Assembly (NCBI RefSeq): GCF_044369315.1
Contig: NZ_JBIPMD010000001.1
Location: forward strand, 1 to 47,870
DNA: 47,870 nt
DNA from: Silvanigrella sp.
GTDB taxonomy: Bacteria; Bdellovibrionota_B; Oligoflexia; Silvanigrellales; Silvanigrellaceae
Direction of reading: 5' to 3'
Shown here: positions 18,930 through 28,918 of the stretch, piece by piece
How the letters are laid out: each line of letters starts with the position of its first letter
Numbering within the stretch: the first letter of the stretch is position 1
The notes under the pieces: generated by a model
Seen by the model: the letters and a program-made list of their open reading frames with translations, nothing else
Databases searched by the model: none
What the model was told of the DNA's origin: nothing
Program-made: the position numbers and the translations under genes

Positions 18930-20858
18930 ATGACATTTCAAAATAAGAACAACCGTTCCTTTAAGCCTGCTTATAAGACTGTTCGCAAAGAACAATCACT
19001 TCCAACTGAGATTATTACCAATCCAAACCGTCCTCAATGGTTAAATCTTTTACCATCTCAAATGGATATTGTTTTTTTTGATTTAGAAACCACAGGTGGC
19101 AATCCTTATAATAGTTCCATCATAGAAATTGGAGCTATTAAATATAAACAAGGAAAAGAAGTTGCAAGATTTGAAACATTAATCAATCCTAAAAGACATA
19201 TTCCAAGCATTGTTCAAAAAATTACTAAAATAAACAATGAAATGGTTTTAAAAGCACCAACAATAAAAGAAATATTTGACGACTTTATTAAATTTATTGG
19301 CAATTCAATTATAGTAGCTCATGGTGCTCAAGGAGATATTGCCTATTTAGCATATCACATGAAAGAGTTTAAAAATGAGGAATTCAAAAATTTCTATTTT
19401 TGTACTCATTTAATTGTTTCAAATATATTAAATGAAATTCCTTCTAAAACTCTTACTGGCGTTGCAAATTATTTTGAAATTCCAATACTTGAAGCGCATA
19501 ATGCACTTGCAGATGCCGAAATGACAGCAAATGTTTTTTGGAAACTTATTGATGCATGTGAAAGACACGGCTTCAAATCCTGTGACGATATTTTAAAAAT
19601 TCAATCCGATGCTGAAACCATTCGAAAATTAGGGCCTGGTATTAATCCTGCAATAGTTGAAAATATTCCTACAACTCCAGGATTATTATTTGTTTTAAAT
19701 TCACATCATGAAATTTCATATTTAACAGCAAGCTCTAGTATAAGAAAATCTCTTCAACAATTAACTGAAATTGGTCTTGATAGAGAAATGAATAAAATTA
19801 TTGTTGACGCTTCAGGATTTAAATTTGAACGTTGCAGTAGTTTATTAGACTCTCTTATTCAAGAAAAAAAAGAATTAAAACGAATTTCTTTATCAATCGA
19901 TCCTCGTAAAAGTCAAAGTCGCAGCGAGAACTTTTTGCAAATATTTATTCCCGATGACATGCTAGATTATGCAAGAATTTTTCCAGAAAAAGTTCCCTTT
20001 TTAATTCCTCAACATGGTGAACTTCATATAGAAGAATATGAAGAAGATGAAACTTACATTAGCGAAAATAAAGAAAATACAAATTTATATGTTACTTTTG
20101 GCGAACAAGATGATGCTGTTATTCCCATAACAAGAACAAGACGTAACACATCAATTTATAAATCAGATAAATTTAAAATATCAAGAAGACGTAATAATGA
20201 TAATGAAGCTTTTGTAAGAATAGGGCATCTTAAAGAAGGAATTGGTTATTGTTTTGGACCTTTCCAGCAACCAAAAGTTGCTTTAGCCGAAATTCAAGAA
20301 ATCATTAAATGTTTTCCTTTTGAACATACTTCTTATACAATGCAAGAACGCTTTGCACATTTAAGAGTTATTATTTCTTTATTAAATGGCAATATTCATG
20401 AAGAAATAAATAGAATAGAAAAGACAAATAAAAAAATTAAAGCAATTAAAAGCTTTTCACGTTGGCTTAGAAGTCTAAATTTATTAAGAGAAATTAAAAA
20501 TACTACAGAATCATTAAATTCAGCTATAACGAAACAAACCCCTAAATCAGGGTTGTGTTTAATATCAAATAATGATTTTAAAGAGTTTGATATTGCTATT
20601 ATTGTAAGAGGACGAGTAGCTAAGAAAACAAGACTTCCCTTTGAACAAGCTGAGCGTTTAAAAAGTGCGAGATACTTTACTAGACTTTTTGAAAATTATT
20701 ATGATGAAATTGTATCACCATTGTCTCCAATAATTTTTACAGATGATGTTTGTTCCGATATGGAGCTATTTTCATACTGGCTTCATAATAGAAAAGGTGA
20801 AGGCGAATGGGTAGACTTCTTTGACTTAGAAGGTTTGTATAATACTTCTATTTTATAA
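18930..20858 (+). CDS. DEDDh 3'-5' exonuclease (DnaQ-like) fused to a degenerate UvrC/Cho-type GIY-YIG domain
   Basis: FDLETTG, AHGAQGD, HNALADAEMT; then IPTTPGLLFVLNSHHEISYLTASSSIRK and YCFGPF. Confidence 0.8.
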   Translation: MTFQNKNNRSFKPAYKTVRKEQSLPTEIITNPNRPQWLNLLPSQMDIVFFDLETTGGNPYNSSIIEIGAIKYKQGKEVARFETLINPKRHIPSIVQKITKINNEMVLKAPTIKEIFDDFIKFIGNSIIVAHGAQGDIAYLAYHMKEFKNEEFKNFYFCTHLIVSNILNEIPSKTLTGVANYFEIPILEAHNALADAEMTANVFWKLIDACERHGFKSCDDILKIQSDAETIRKLGPGINPAIVENIPTTPGLLFVLNSHHEISYLTASSSIRKSLQQLTEIGLDREMNKIIVDASGFKFERCSSLLDSLIQEKKELKRISLSIDPRKSQSRSENFLQIFIPDDMLDYARIFPEKVPFLIPQHGELHIEEYEEDETYISENKENTNLYVTFGEQDDAVIPITRTRRNTSIYKSDKFKISRRRNNDNEAFVRIGHLKEGIGYCFGPFQQPKVALAEIQEIIKCFPFEHTSYTMQERFAHLRVIISLLNGNIHEEINRIEKTNKKIKAIKSFSRWLRSLNLLREIKNTTESLNSAITKQTPKSGLCLISNNDFKEFDIAIIVRGRVAKKTRLPFEQAERLKSARYFTRLFENYYDEIVSPLSPIIFTDDVCSDMELFSYWLHNRKGEGEWVDFFDLEGLYNTSIL

Positions 20859-20860
20859 AA

Positions 20861-21340
20861 CTATTTTTTCGCAGGTTTTTTTTCTAATTTTTTAAACTCA
20901 TGTTTATATAATAAATCATTTTGATATCTTAATTCATTTTCTATTTTCATTTCTAACAAATATTTGTCCATTGATGTCTTGTGAAGATATTGAATGGATT
21001 TCATATGTTCTTTAATTTTTTTACCAATTATAAATAAATTTTCTAAATATTCTCTTTCAAATTTTATTCTTATAAATTCTTTATCTAAAGCTCTCTTTAA
21101 AACTTCTTTATGGACTATTAAATTTAATGATTTTTTATCCATTAACTTTTTCTTCATTATCTCTTTTTTTACAATATTTTCATTTATATTTTCTGCAAGT
21201 CTAGCTTCATCTAATTTATCAAAATGTCTTAAATCATGCCTTCTTCTCACCATTGCATATTGATGCTGTAATTCTGCAAATCTTTCCCACGTATAAGATA
21301 ATGGAGAAAAAACGTTTATTCTCATAAACAAAACCTCCAA
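20861..21340 (-). CDS. Hypothetical helical/coiled-coil protein
   Basis: 159-aa K/E-rich ORF; RBS GGAGG before ATG 21325. Confidence 0.65.
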   Translation of the reverse strand: MEVLFMRINVFSPLSYTWERFAELQHQYAMVRRRHDLRHFDKLDEARLAENINENIVKKEIMKKKLMDKKSLNLIVHKEVLKRALDKEFIRIKFEREYLENLFIIGKKIKEHMKSIQYLHKTSMDKYLLEMKIENELRYQNDLLYKHEFKKLEKKPAKK

Positions 21341-21532
21341 TATATATTTCGGAGATTTTTATTTAATAAATTAAATTAGAATTTATACTCATGTTTTTAT
21401 AGAACTAATTACATACTAATAAATGAATATTTTAAAAATTAAGTAAATTTAGGAATCTTTGCATTTCTTAACATAATAGTTTAAATAAAACTCGAAGATA
21501 TAAGTTATTCCATATAAATTGGAGTATCATTT

Positions 21533-22609
21533 TTGGAGACATCAATGAAAATAAAAAAAATTGAACTTTTTTCTACTCTAATATGCTCTTTCATACTTTT
21601 AAGTGCCTGTAAATCTACTGAAAATAGACCTCAAAATCCAAACTCTTCTCAAACGATTACCTCTTTGGCTCCTAAAACTCCTTTTGATTCCAATACGATA
21701 GATGGAGTTTTAGCCACCGTAACAGATCAGGTTTTATTATTAAGCGATTTACAACAAGCTATTTTTATTTCTTCAGGGGGCCAGACCAAATTACTTCCTA
21801 ATGGCCGTCTAGTGGGAGGTACTCTAAATACAGAACAAGCTCGCCAAATTTTAGAGTCATTAATTAATCAAAAAGTATTGCAAATTAAAGCAATAGAACT
21901 TGGTTTTGATATATCTGAGGAGGAACTTTCTCAACGTATAGACGAATTTTTGAAACAAAGAGGTTATTCCGAATCTGACTTAGAAAATCAATTAGCAAGA
22001 TCTGGCAAGTCTATGGAAGATTATCGAAAAGAATTTAAAAACGAAGTATTAAAACAATTATTAATTGGTAGAATTATTAGTCCATTAGTAAATGTAAGCG
22101 ATGATGATGTAAAAAACTTTTACATTCAGCAAACAGGCAGCATTAAACAAATAAGCACCATAAGATTAAGAAGTTTATTAATTAAAGTATCTGAAAACGA
22201 ACAAAATGATGTTTTAAATTCACCTGTAGTTAAAATGGTTGCTAAAAAAATAGAGGAAGGTGAAAATTTTACAAATTTAGTAAAAAAATATTCTATGGCT
22301 TCTGATGTTTCTAAAACAGAAGGACTTCTTCCCCCCAAACCTATCTCTGAACTGCCATCGCAGCTAAAAGATAAACTTTCTAATTTAACTATTAATCAAA
22401 TTATTGGGCCATTCACGATTGGGAGCTCTGTCTTTTTCTTTCAATATTTAGGTGCTGATTTTAATGCAGATAGTGAGTTTCAAAAAAGCTTTAATAATTG
22501 GAAATCGAAACTACAGGATATAAAATTTAATGAGAGATTGGCTGAGTATTTAAAAACTGAAAAAACAAAATTAAAAGCAAATGTAAGACCTATTCAATTT
22601 ACCAAATAA
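21533..22609 (+). CDS. surA: SurA-like peptidyl-prolyl isomerase/chaperone, probable lipoprotein
   Basis: Lipobox LLSAC; IDGVLATVTDQVLLLSDL; ILESLINQKV; parvulin-like FTNLVKKYS...GLL. Confidence 0.8.
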   Translation: METSMKIKKIELFSTLICSFILLSACKSTENRPQNPNSSQTITSLAPKTPFDSNTIDGVLATVTDQVLLLSDLQQAIFISSGGQTKLLPNGRLVGGTLNTEQARQILESLINQKVLQIKAIELGFDISEEELSQRIDEFLKQRGYSESDLENQLARSGKSMEDYRKEFKNEVLKQLLIGRIISPLVNVSDDDVKNFYIQQTGSIKQISTIRLRSLLIKVSENEQNDVLNSPVVKMVAKKIEEGENFTNLVKKYSMASDVSKTEGLLPPKPISELPSQLKDKLSNLTINQIIGPFTIGSSVFFFQYLGADFNADSEFQKSFNNWKSKLQDIKFNERLAEYLKTEKTKLKANVRPIQFTK

Positions 22610-22640
22610 AACTTAAAAACATTTGTCCAATTTATTCTTA

Positions 22641-23747
22641 TTAACCTGCTTTTCTTTCAACAAAAACGATATCAGATTCAATTTGATTTTCATTATGAAT
22701 TTTTAAGATATTTATCTCTGATTCATTTTCAATAATTTCATTATTTAAAGATTTTAAATGTGTAATTTGAACTTGAATGGGATTTAATGGAAATTCTAAT
22801 GATTTAGCTATAAAGTAACATTTCTCTAAATGACTAAGAGAAATATTTTGTAAATTAGAGTCAAATTCTTTTTCAACTATCTTTTTAATTGCTATTCCCA
22901 TTATAAAATGAAAATCATAATCATTATCTAAAAATAAATTACTTTTAAGAGTTAATAAACTGATTGCGTTTAAATAGTCATTTAACTCATAATAACAATT
23001 TGCCATCGCTAAAATTGCATTTGTATTATTTGGATTATCTTTTAAAATTTGGCCAAGAACACGAATAGCTTCAATCCAATCTTTTGTATCAATTGCAATT
23101 AAAGAAGCGACCAAATAAGGCTCTTGCGCAAAGGGAAATCTATCATGAATCATATTATATGTCTTACTCATTTCTTCTAATAAATTATTTTCAGATAAGG
23201 TTCTTAAATAATTTCTCCAAGTAAAATAGTTCGCCTTCTTTTCTAAACAAACTTTCTTTAATAATGACAAACCTTTCTTTTTTAATTCTGAATTTCTTAA
23301 TCTTGATAAATACAGTCCGCAACCTTCAAAAGCAAACCTATTTTCAACACCTTTATTTTTATTTAAATAATTAAATATTCTATTACAAGTTTTATCACAG
23401 GAAGCATAATTAAAAGAAATTAGAGCTAGAGACAAAAAAACGTTATGAAAATGTCTCATTTTTAAAAGATGCTTGCCTAAAGAGATAAGAGCGCCAGTAT
23501 CAAATGTTTCTTTTAATGCACATATCCATATATGGTAAAAGTCTGCTCTATCATAAAACTTACTTAAATGTAATACAGCTCTAGAAGACAAATTGATAAT
23601 TTGTTCCCAATCTTCTTGAGCAGCATATATTTCTAAAAGCTTAATGAGGCTTGAACATGACTTTGCTGAAGGGTTTATTTCTCTCCAAAATGAATTAGAT
23701 TCATTTTCTAACTTCATAATAGTTAAATTTGAATTTCCCTTTAGCAT
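22641..23747 (-). CDS. Tetratricopeptide-repeat protein
   Basis: WIEAIRVLGQILKDNPNNTNAILAMANCYYELNDYLNAI TPR pattern; RBS AGGAG. Confidence 0.75.
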   Translation of the reverse strand: MLKGNSNLTIMKLENESNSFWREINPSAKSCSSLIKLLEIYAAQEDWEQIINLSSRAVLHLSKFYDRADFYHIWICALKETFDTGALISLGKHLLKMRHFHNVFLSLALISFNYASCDKTCNRIFNYLNKNKGVENRFAFEGCGLYLSRLRNSELKKKGLSLLKKVCLEKKANYFTWRNYLRTLSENNLLEEMSKTYNMIHDRFPFAQEPYLVASLIAIDTKDWIEAIRVLGQILKDNPNNTNAILAMANCYYELNDYLNAISLLTLKSNLFLDNDYDFHFIMGIAIKKIVEKEFDSNLQNISLSHLEKCYFIAKSLEFPLNPIQVQITHLKSLNNEIIENESEINILKIHNENQIESDIVFVERKAG

Positions 23748-23787
23748 ATTTACTCCTTAGAGTGGAATATTTTAAATTGATAAAATT

Positions 23788-23814
23788 AGTTCGGTCTTTA
23801 TTTTTATGAATTGA
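23788..23814 (-). promoter_or_regulatory. Putative sigma-28 (FliA)-type promoter for the TPR gene
   Basis: Minus strand TCAA-N15-ACCGAACT versus consensus TAAA-N15-GCCGATAA, about 40 nt upstream of the start. Confidence 0.4.
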
Positions 23815-23963
23815 ATTTATATATGGAGAAAAATTGATAGGTGAAATTTTTTTCAAGGAAAATTATTCCTATTTTTGAATAAGGATCATATAAATTTTTA
23901 GAACTCTAAAAATATCTAATAAATAGATATTTTATTTGATATTCTTATATGTTAGAGGATTAA

Positions 23964-25133
23964 ATGAAAATTATTTTCTTATCTATATTATTCTTGTTAG
24001 TTGAAGGTAAAGTTTTTTGTAACAACAATTTTACCAAAACAAAAGAAACTTTTAATAATGATTTAAAGAACACTATAAATGAAATTCAAATGAATTATAA
24101 AGTTGATACCTTTTCATTATCAGTATATAATCCTTTTTTAAATGAAAATATATCAAATTTTTTTTATGGCAGAAATTTTAAGAATGAGTTTATTGATCAA
24201 AATACGGTTTTTCCTATAGCTAGTGTTTCAAAAATATATACTGCCGATATTATAAATAAATTAATATATAATAAATCAATTCAGCTAAATGATAAAATAA
24301 ACAAATGGATTAAAATAAACAATGAAATAGATAATAAAACAGTCTTTCAATTACTTAACAATAATTCATTAATTCCAAATTATTCTAATAATCCATTATT
24401 TTGGACTGAAAGAAGTAAAAATTATTCCAAAATTTTTACTTTTAATGAATTAATAAATTTTGTAAAATATATGGAAATCACAAAAAATAGTTAGCAATAC
24501 TCAAATACAAATTATCTTTTATTAGGGAAAATAATTGAAATTGAAATGAAAAATAATTTAACCTCTGTATTTAAGAATTATTTTAAAGAAAATAATATGA
24601 AATATTCTTTTTTTGAATCCGAAAAATCAATTGAAAATTTAATGTTTGGAAATGAAAAGAATGAGAAATTTTCTAATATTAACGTCTCTTGGTTGAGTTC
24701 AGCAGGTGCTATTTTTTCTACACCACAAGAAGTTCTTATTTCTTCCGTCAAAAAAGTGAATGAATTCATTCAAAATAATAAAAAATGGGTCAGCACAAAA
24801 TCAGGAGAAATAACACTAAATATAAAAGAAACAGCTTATTTAAATGGAATTTTTAGAATAAATTCTCCTTTTGGAATTATTTATTATACCCCAGGCTTAA
24901 TTCCTGGATTTTCATCAGGATTTATTTACTCCCCTTGCCTTGAAACTGCTATTGCTTACTCTGCAAATAGATCTGCTTTACCAAACTTTCATGGATTTAT
25001 AATTAGAAAAATATTTAAAAATTTATATCATGATAAAGCATATAATGCATTAATATCTAAAAAAAGAAAAAATTATAATTATTGCGAAAATGTAACACCA
25101 TCAGACAACATTAATTTTGCAAATATGGAATAA
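23964..25133 (+). pseudogene. Serine hydrolase / beta-lactamase-family protein interrupted by an in-frame TAG
   Basis: Signal peptide and FPIASVSK (SxxK); TAG at 24492-24494 lies directly before QYSNTNYLLLG (YxN). ORFs 23964-24494 and 24546-25133 share one frame. Confidence 0.85.
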
Positions 25134-25150
25134 ATTATTTTTTAAATCAC

Positions 25151-27637
25151 TTAAAATTCAATTACTTTATCTGCAAAAGGCAAAAACTCTTCACGGTTTT
25201 CTATTAAAATAAAAGTAGCACCACGCTCTGTCATCACTTTCATAAGTTCACCTAATATCGAAATATCTGGCCCATGCAATCCTGTACTGGGGTGTGTCAA
25301 AATAAACCAAGCACCTTCCAGATTTGAGCGTTTTAATTCAATGGTTAAATTTAATCGTTGTAATTCACCGCCACTTAGGGAATCCATTCCTTGACCAAGT
25401 TGAATATAACCTAATCCAAATTGACAGGCTCTTATAATTCGATTTGCAATTATCTTATGATTTTCAAAAATTTCTAATGATTGTTCTAAAGTAAAATTCA
25501 TTACATCTGCTAAATTATATCCTTTAAATCTTGGTAACAAGCTTCTTGAATTTAATTTGGCACCGATACAAACTTCACATTCCACACGAACAGGTTCAGA
25601 GTATCTTTGAGGAAGTTCTATATATCCTTTACCTTCACAATGATCACAACGTCCTAATTTTGAATTCCAAGAAAAATGGCTTTCCGTTAATCCCATTACT
25701 TGGCTTGTAGGTAATTTTGTAAATAATTCTCTTAAAGGTTTAATAACATCAAGTGCAGAGGCAACACTTCTTCTGGAACTTCTTGTTACACTTCCAGGCT
25801 TAACGTAACCAACAACATTCACTTCAAAATCATTTGTTACATTAAATTTACAAAATTCTTTAAATGGAATTTCAATTTCATCTTCTGCATCAGGATTTTT
25901 TCCTCCTAGTGAATATAATGCAGGTAACAAGCACAATTCAATAAATGAAGACTTCCCTACCCCCGAAGCTCCCCGAATTATCGTAATAACACCCTGATTA
26001 ATTTGTATTTTTTGACCAATCAAGTTTCTCACTTGAAAGTCCGAAAACAACATAGAAGATTTTGATAAAATGGAGGTTTTAGGTGAAAAAGACTCGGGAC
26101 TTTTCTTTTTTGAATTCGCCTTGGGTAGCTTTGGCGCTTTCTCCATCATTAACGATTGAGGCGCAAACTTGGTTTTATTTAATTTCGTTTGCGGATTCTC
26201 AACAAATTCATCCAAATCCTGCAGGGCAGTGGCTTTGGCAACAACTTGTCCACCATGCACACCTGCGCCCGGGCCCATTAAAAATAAGATCTCACAAAAA
26301 GAAAGAAAAACGGGGTGATGCTCAACCGAAATTACAGTTGCGCCATCTTTTACAATTTCTTGAAGAACGGAAGCTAGTTGTTTGACTTCTTGTTTCGTTA
26401 ATCCTTGACATGGCTCATCAATAATATACAAAACACCTGTTAATTTATTTGAAATCATTGTTGAAAGTCTGAGTCTTTGTAAATCTCCTGGTGATAAACT
26501 AGCTCCAGAACGATTTAAAATTAAATGTCCTAAACCCAAACGATTCATACTTAAAAGAGCTCGAGAGATTTCGGAATAAACTTTTAATTTTGATTTATCA
26601 TTTTGCACATGCTCTTTGAAATCAGAAATAATAAATTGATAGAGTTCATTAATATTATACAAATGAGTTTCAATAAAGGTCTTACCTTTTACTCTTATAA
26701 TTGGATTAGAGGGATCTAATCTTCCTCCATGACATTGTTTGCAAGGAAATATATCTGCAGGATATCCTTTTTTAAAAGAGCCTTCTCCCTCGCATTTAAT
26801 ACACTTGCCTAAGGAAGAATGACTAAAGTAACGAGGATCTAGTTTAGGAGCGCTTTCGCCACATTGCGGACAGTTTGATTTCGTATTGAATTTAAATTCT
26901 TTAGAGAGATATTCTACTTTAACAATACCTTTTCCATAATCAAGGGCCTGAAATAAAGCCCTTTCAATTCTTTGTTTTTTTTCAATTAAAATAGAAACAT
27001 AATCTATTATGACATCTATTGTATTTAATTTTTTTGGATCAATTTTTATTTTTATATTTTCATCTTGAAGATCAAAAATATCTCCATTAACTCGAAGTTT
27101 TGAAAATCCTAATTCTTTAAATTTTTCAATTTCATCTATAAATGCTCCCTTTCTTTTTTCACAAATAGGAGCAATAATCATTATTTTTTTTGAATGAAAA
27201 TCTTCAGATATTTTTTTATATAAATCGGAAAATGAAATTGATTTTAATGGAATATCACATTTATGACAAAAAATATCACCAAATGCAGCAAAATAAACTC
27301 TGAATAAATCGGAAATTCCAGAAATTGTTCCTACAGTTGAAAGCTTCCCAGCCACGCCTTGTTTTTGGGAAAGGCCTAGTGCTGGTGGCAGCCCTGTAAT
27401 GGATCGAAAGCGTGGTCGGGACATTTTAGACCAACTAGAGCTTCCCATAACATAAATTGGGGTTTGACTAGAATCAACAAAGCGTCTAAAAGCTTCAGAA
27501 TAAATAGTGTCAAAAACCAAACTACTTTTGCCAGAACCACTTACCCCTGTAAATGAAACCAATGAGTTTTTAGGGATATCAACATCAATATTTTTTAAAT
27601 TATGTTCTTGAGCACCACGTACAGAAATAAACGCCAC
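25151..27637 (-). CDS. UvrA-like ABC ATPase paralog (divergent)
   Basis: ISVRGAQEHNLKNIDVDIP, GVSGSGKSSL, zinc CxxC modules, second Walker A GASGVGKSS, LSGGELQR. GTG start at 27637 has an RBS; the ORF is open to 27703. Confidence 0.88.
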   Translation of the reverse strand: MAFISVRGAQEHNLKNIDVDIPKNSLVSFTGVSGSGKSSLVFDTIYSEAFRRFVDSSQTPIYVMGSSSWSKMSRPRFRSITGLPPALGLSQKQGVAGKLSTVGTISGISDLFRVYFAAFGDIFCHKCDIPLKSISFSDLYKKISEDFHSKKIMIIAPICEKRKGAFIDEIEKFKELGFSKLRVNGDIFDLQDENIKIKIDPKKLNTIDVIIDYVSILIEKKQRIERALFQALDYGKGIVKVEYLSKEFKFNTKSNCPQCGESAPKLDPRYFSHSSLGKCIKCEGEGSFKKGYPADIFPCKQCHGGRLDPSNPIIRVKGKTFIETHLYNINELYQFIISDFKEHVQNDKSKLKVYSEISRALLSMNRLGLGHLILNRSGASLSPGDLQRLRLSTMISNKLTGVLYIIDEPCQGLTKQEVKQLASVLQEIVKDGATVISVEHHPVFLSFCEILFLMGPGAGVHGGQVVAKATALQDLDEFVENPQTKLNKTKFAPQSLMMEKAPKLPKANSKKKSPESFSPKTSILSKSSMLFSDFQVRNLIGQKIQINQGVITIIRGASGVGKSSFIELCLLPALYSLGGKNPDAEDEIEIPFKEFCKFNVTNDFEVNVVGYVKPGSVTRSSRRSVASALDVIKPLRELFTKLPTSQVMGLTESHFSWNSKLGRCDHCEGKGYIELPQRYSEPVRVECEVCIGAKLNSRSLLPRFKGYNLADVMNFTLEQSLEIFENHKIIANRIIRACQFGLGYIQLGQGMDSLSGGELQRLNLTIELKRSNLEGAWFILTHPSTGLHGPDISILGELMKVMTERGATFILIENREEFLPFADKVIEF

Positions 27638-27760
27638 AACGAAACCTTTCCGAAGGGTTGACGAAATACATGTATATATACCACAATTATCAATAGAGAA
27701 CACTTGCTAATGCAAATGGCTTCTTTTGTATACATCTCAGTTCTTGTTTAAGGAAACAAA

Positions 27761-28906
27761 ATGACAGGAATTCTTTCTATTCAATTGGAATCGGAACAAC
27801 TTATGCTTAGAATACAAGACTTTAAAATATTAAATTCCGAGCAATCCATAACAGAAAAAGAACCTGTTTTGGTATTAATTGCTGGAGATGCAAGTGATAG
27901 AAAGTTTTTTAGATTAATAAATGATCCAATTGGAGCCATTTGTATGCAGTTTCCAAAATGGGAAGGAGGATATGGAGGAGATCCAATAAGTTGGATTGGA
28001 ATGCATACTGCACTAACTCAAATGGAACTTCCTATTCCAAAAATAATTGAAATTGATGAAACAAATGCATGTATTTGGACTGAAGATCTTGGAGATATAT
28101 TTTTAAATTCTACTTTAATAGAACCTATTTTAGATATAAATAATCAAAAATGCCATAAATCAATTGATTATTATAAAGAATCATTGTTACTTCTTATTAA
28201 AGCCCAATATCCTAAAAGAAAAATTGATCATCCTGCTATAAATCGTTTTTTTGATTTTGAAAAATTATTTTTTGAACTTAATTTTTTTGTAACTCATTTT
28301 TTAAATGGATTTATGAATTTAAATGTCACCGAAGATAATCCTGAATATAAAGGACTATATGAAGATTTAAATTTACTTGCAAAAAAACTAGATGCATGCG
28401 AACGGGTGCTTTGCCATAGAGATTATCATGTCCGTAATATTATGCTAAAAAATGAAAAAATATATTGGATTGATTTTCAAGATGCTCGGATGGGACCACA
28501 TTCTTACGATGTTGTTAGTTTAGTTCGCGATAGTTATGTTAATATTTCTTGGGAAACAAGAAAACATCTCTTTTCATATTATTTAGATAACATGAATAAT
28601 GAAAGAGAATTAAATAATTTAAAACCAATATCAAAAACAAGTTTTAATTTAGAATTACTTCTTATGGGACTTCAACGTAATATAAAAGCTATCGGAAGTT
28701 TTGGCTATCTTGCTACTAAAAAAGGAAAACCAAATTATTTAAAATATGTGAAACATACACTTGATATATTATCCTCTCCAGAAGCCCAAATTCATGAAGA
28801 AACTGATTTAAAAATTATGATGCCTAAACTATATAGTTTAATAAATAATTTATATAAAGGTGAATTATCTATTAAATTAGAAGAAAAAATAAAAAATTAT
28901 TTTTAA
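27761..28906 (+). CDS. amgK: AmgK-like N-acetylmuramate/N-acetylglucosamine kinase (APH fold)
   Basis: AGDASDRKFFR, EDLGD, CHRDYHVRNIM, IDFQDARMGP-x-YD, QRNIKAIGSF; adjacent to a murU-like gene. Confidence 0.8.
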   Translation: MTGILSIQLESEQLMLRIQDFKILNSEQSITEKEPVLVLIAGDASDRKFFRLINDPIGAICMQFPKWEGGYGGDPISWIGMHTALTQMELPIPKIIEIDETNACIWTEDLGDIFLNSTLIEPILDINNQKCHKSIDYYKESLLLLIKAQYPKRKIDHPAINRFFDFEKLFFELNFFVTHFLNGFMNLNVTEDNPEYKGLYEDLNLLAKKLDACERVLCHRDYHVRNIMLKNEKIYWIDFQDARMGPHSYDVVSLVRDSYVNISWETRKHLFSYYLDNMNNERELNNLKPISKTSFNLELLLMGLQRNIKAIGSFGYLATKKGKPNYLKYVKHTLDILSSPEAQIHEETDLKIMMPKLYSLINNLYKGELSIKLEEKIKNYF

Positions 28907-28918
28907 TTTGGAACTTAA

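Noticed and set aside
24492-24494. TAG recoding (pyrrolysine or alternative genetic code)
   Set aside because: Other genes here end in TAG (20861-21340 and 43025-44143), no other in-frame TAG occurs in intact genes, and no pyl genes are visible.
25151-27703. Calling this the canonical uvrA
   Set aside because: Degenerate Walker B II, H-loop II and signature I plus the missing insertion domain indicate a paralog, so the symbol was withheld.
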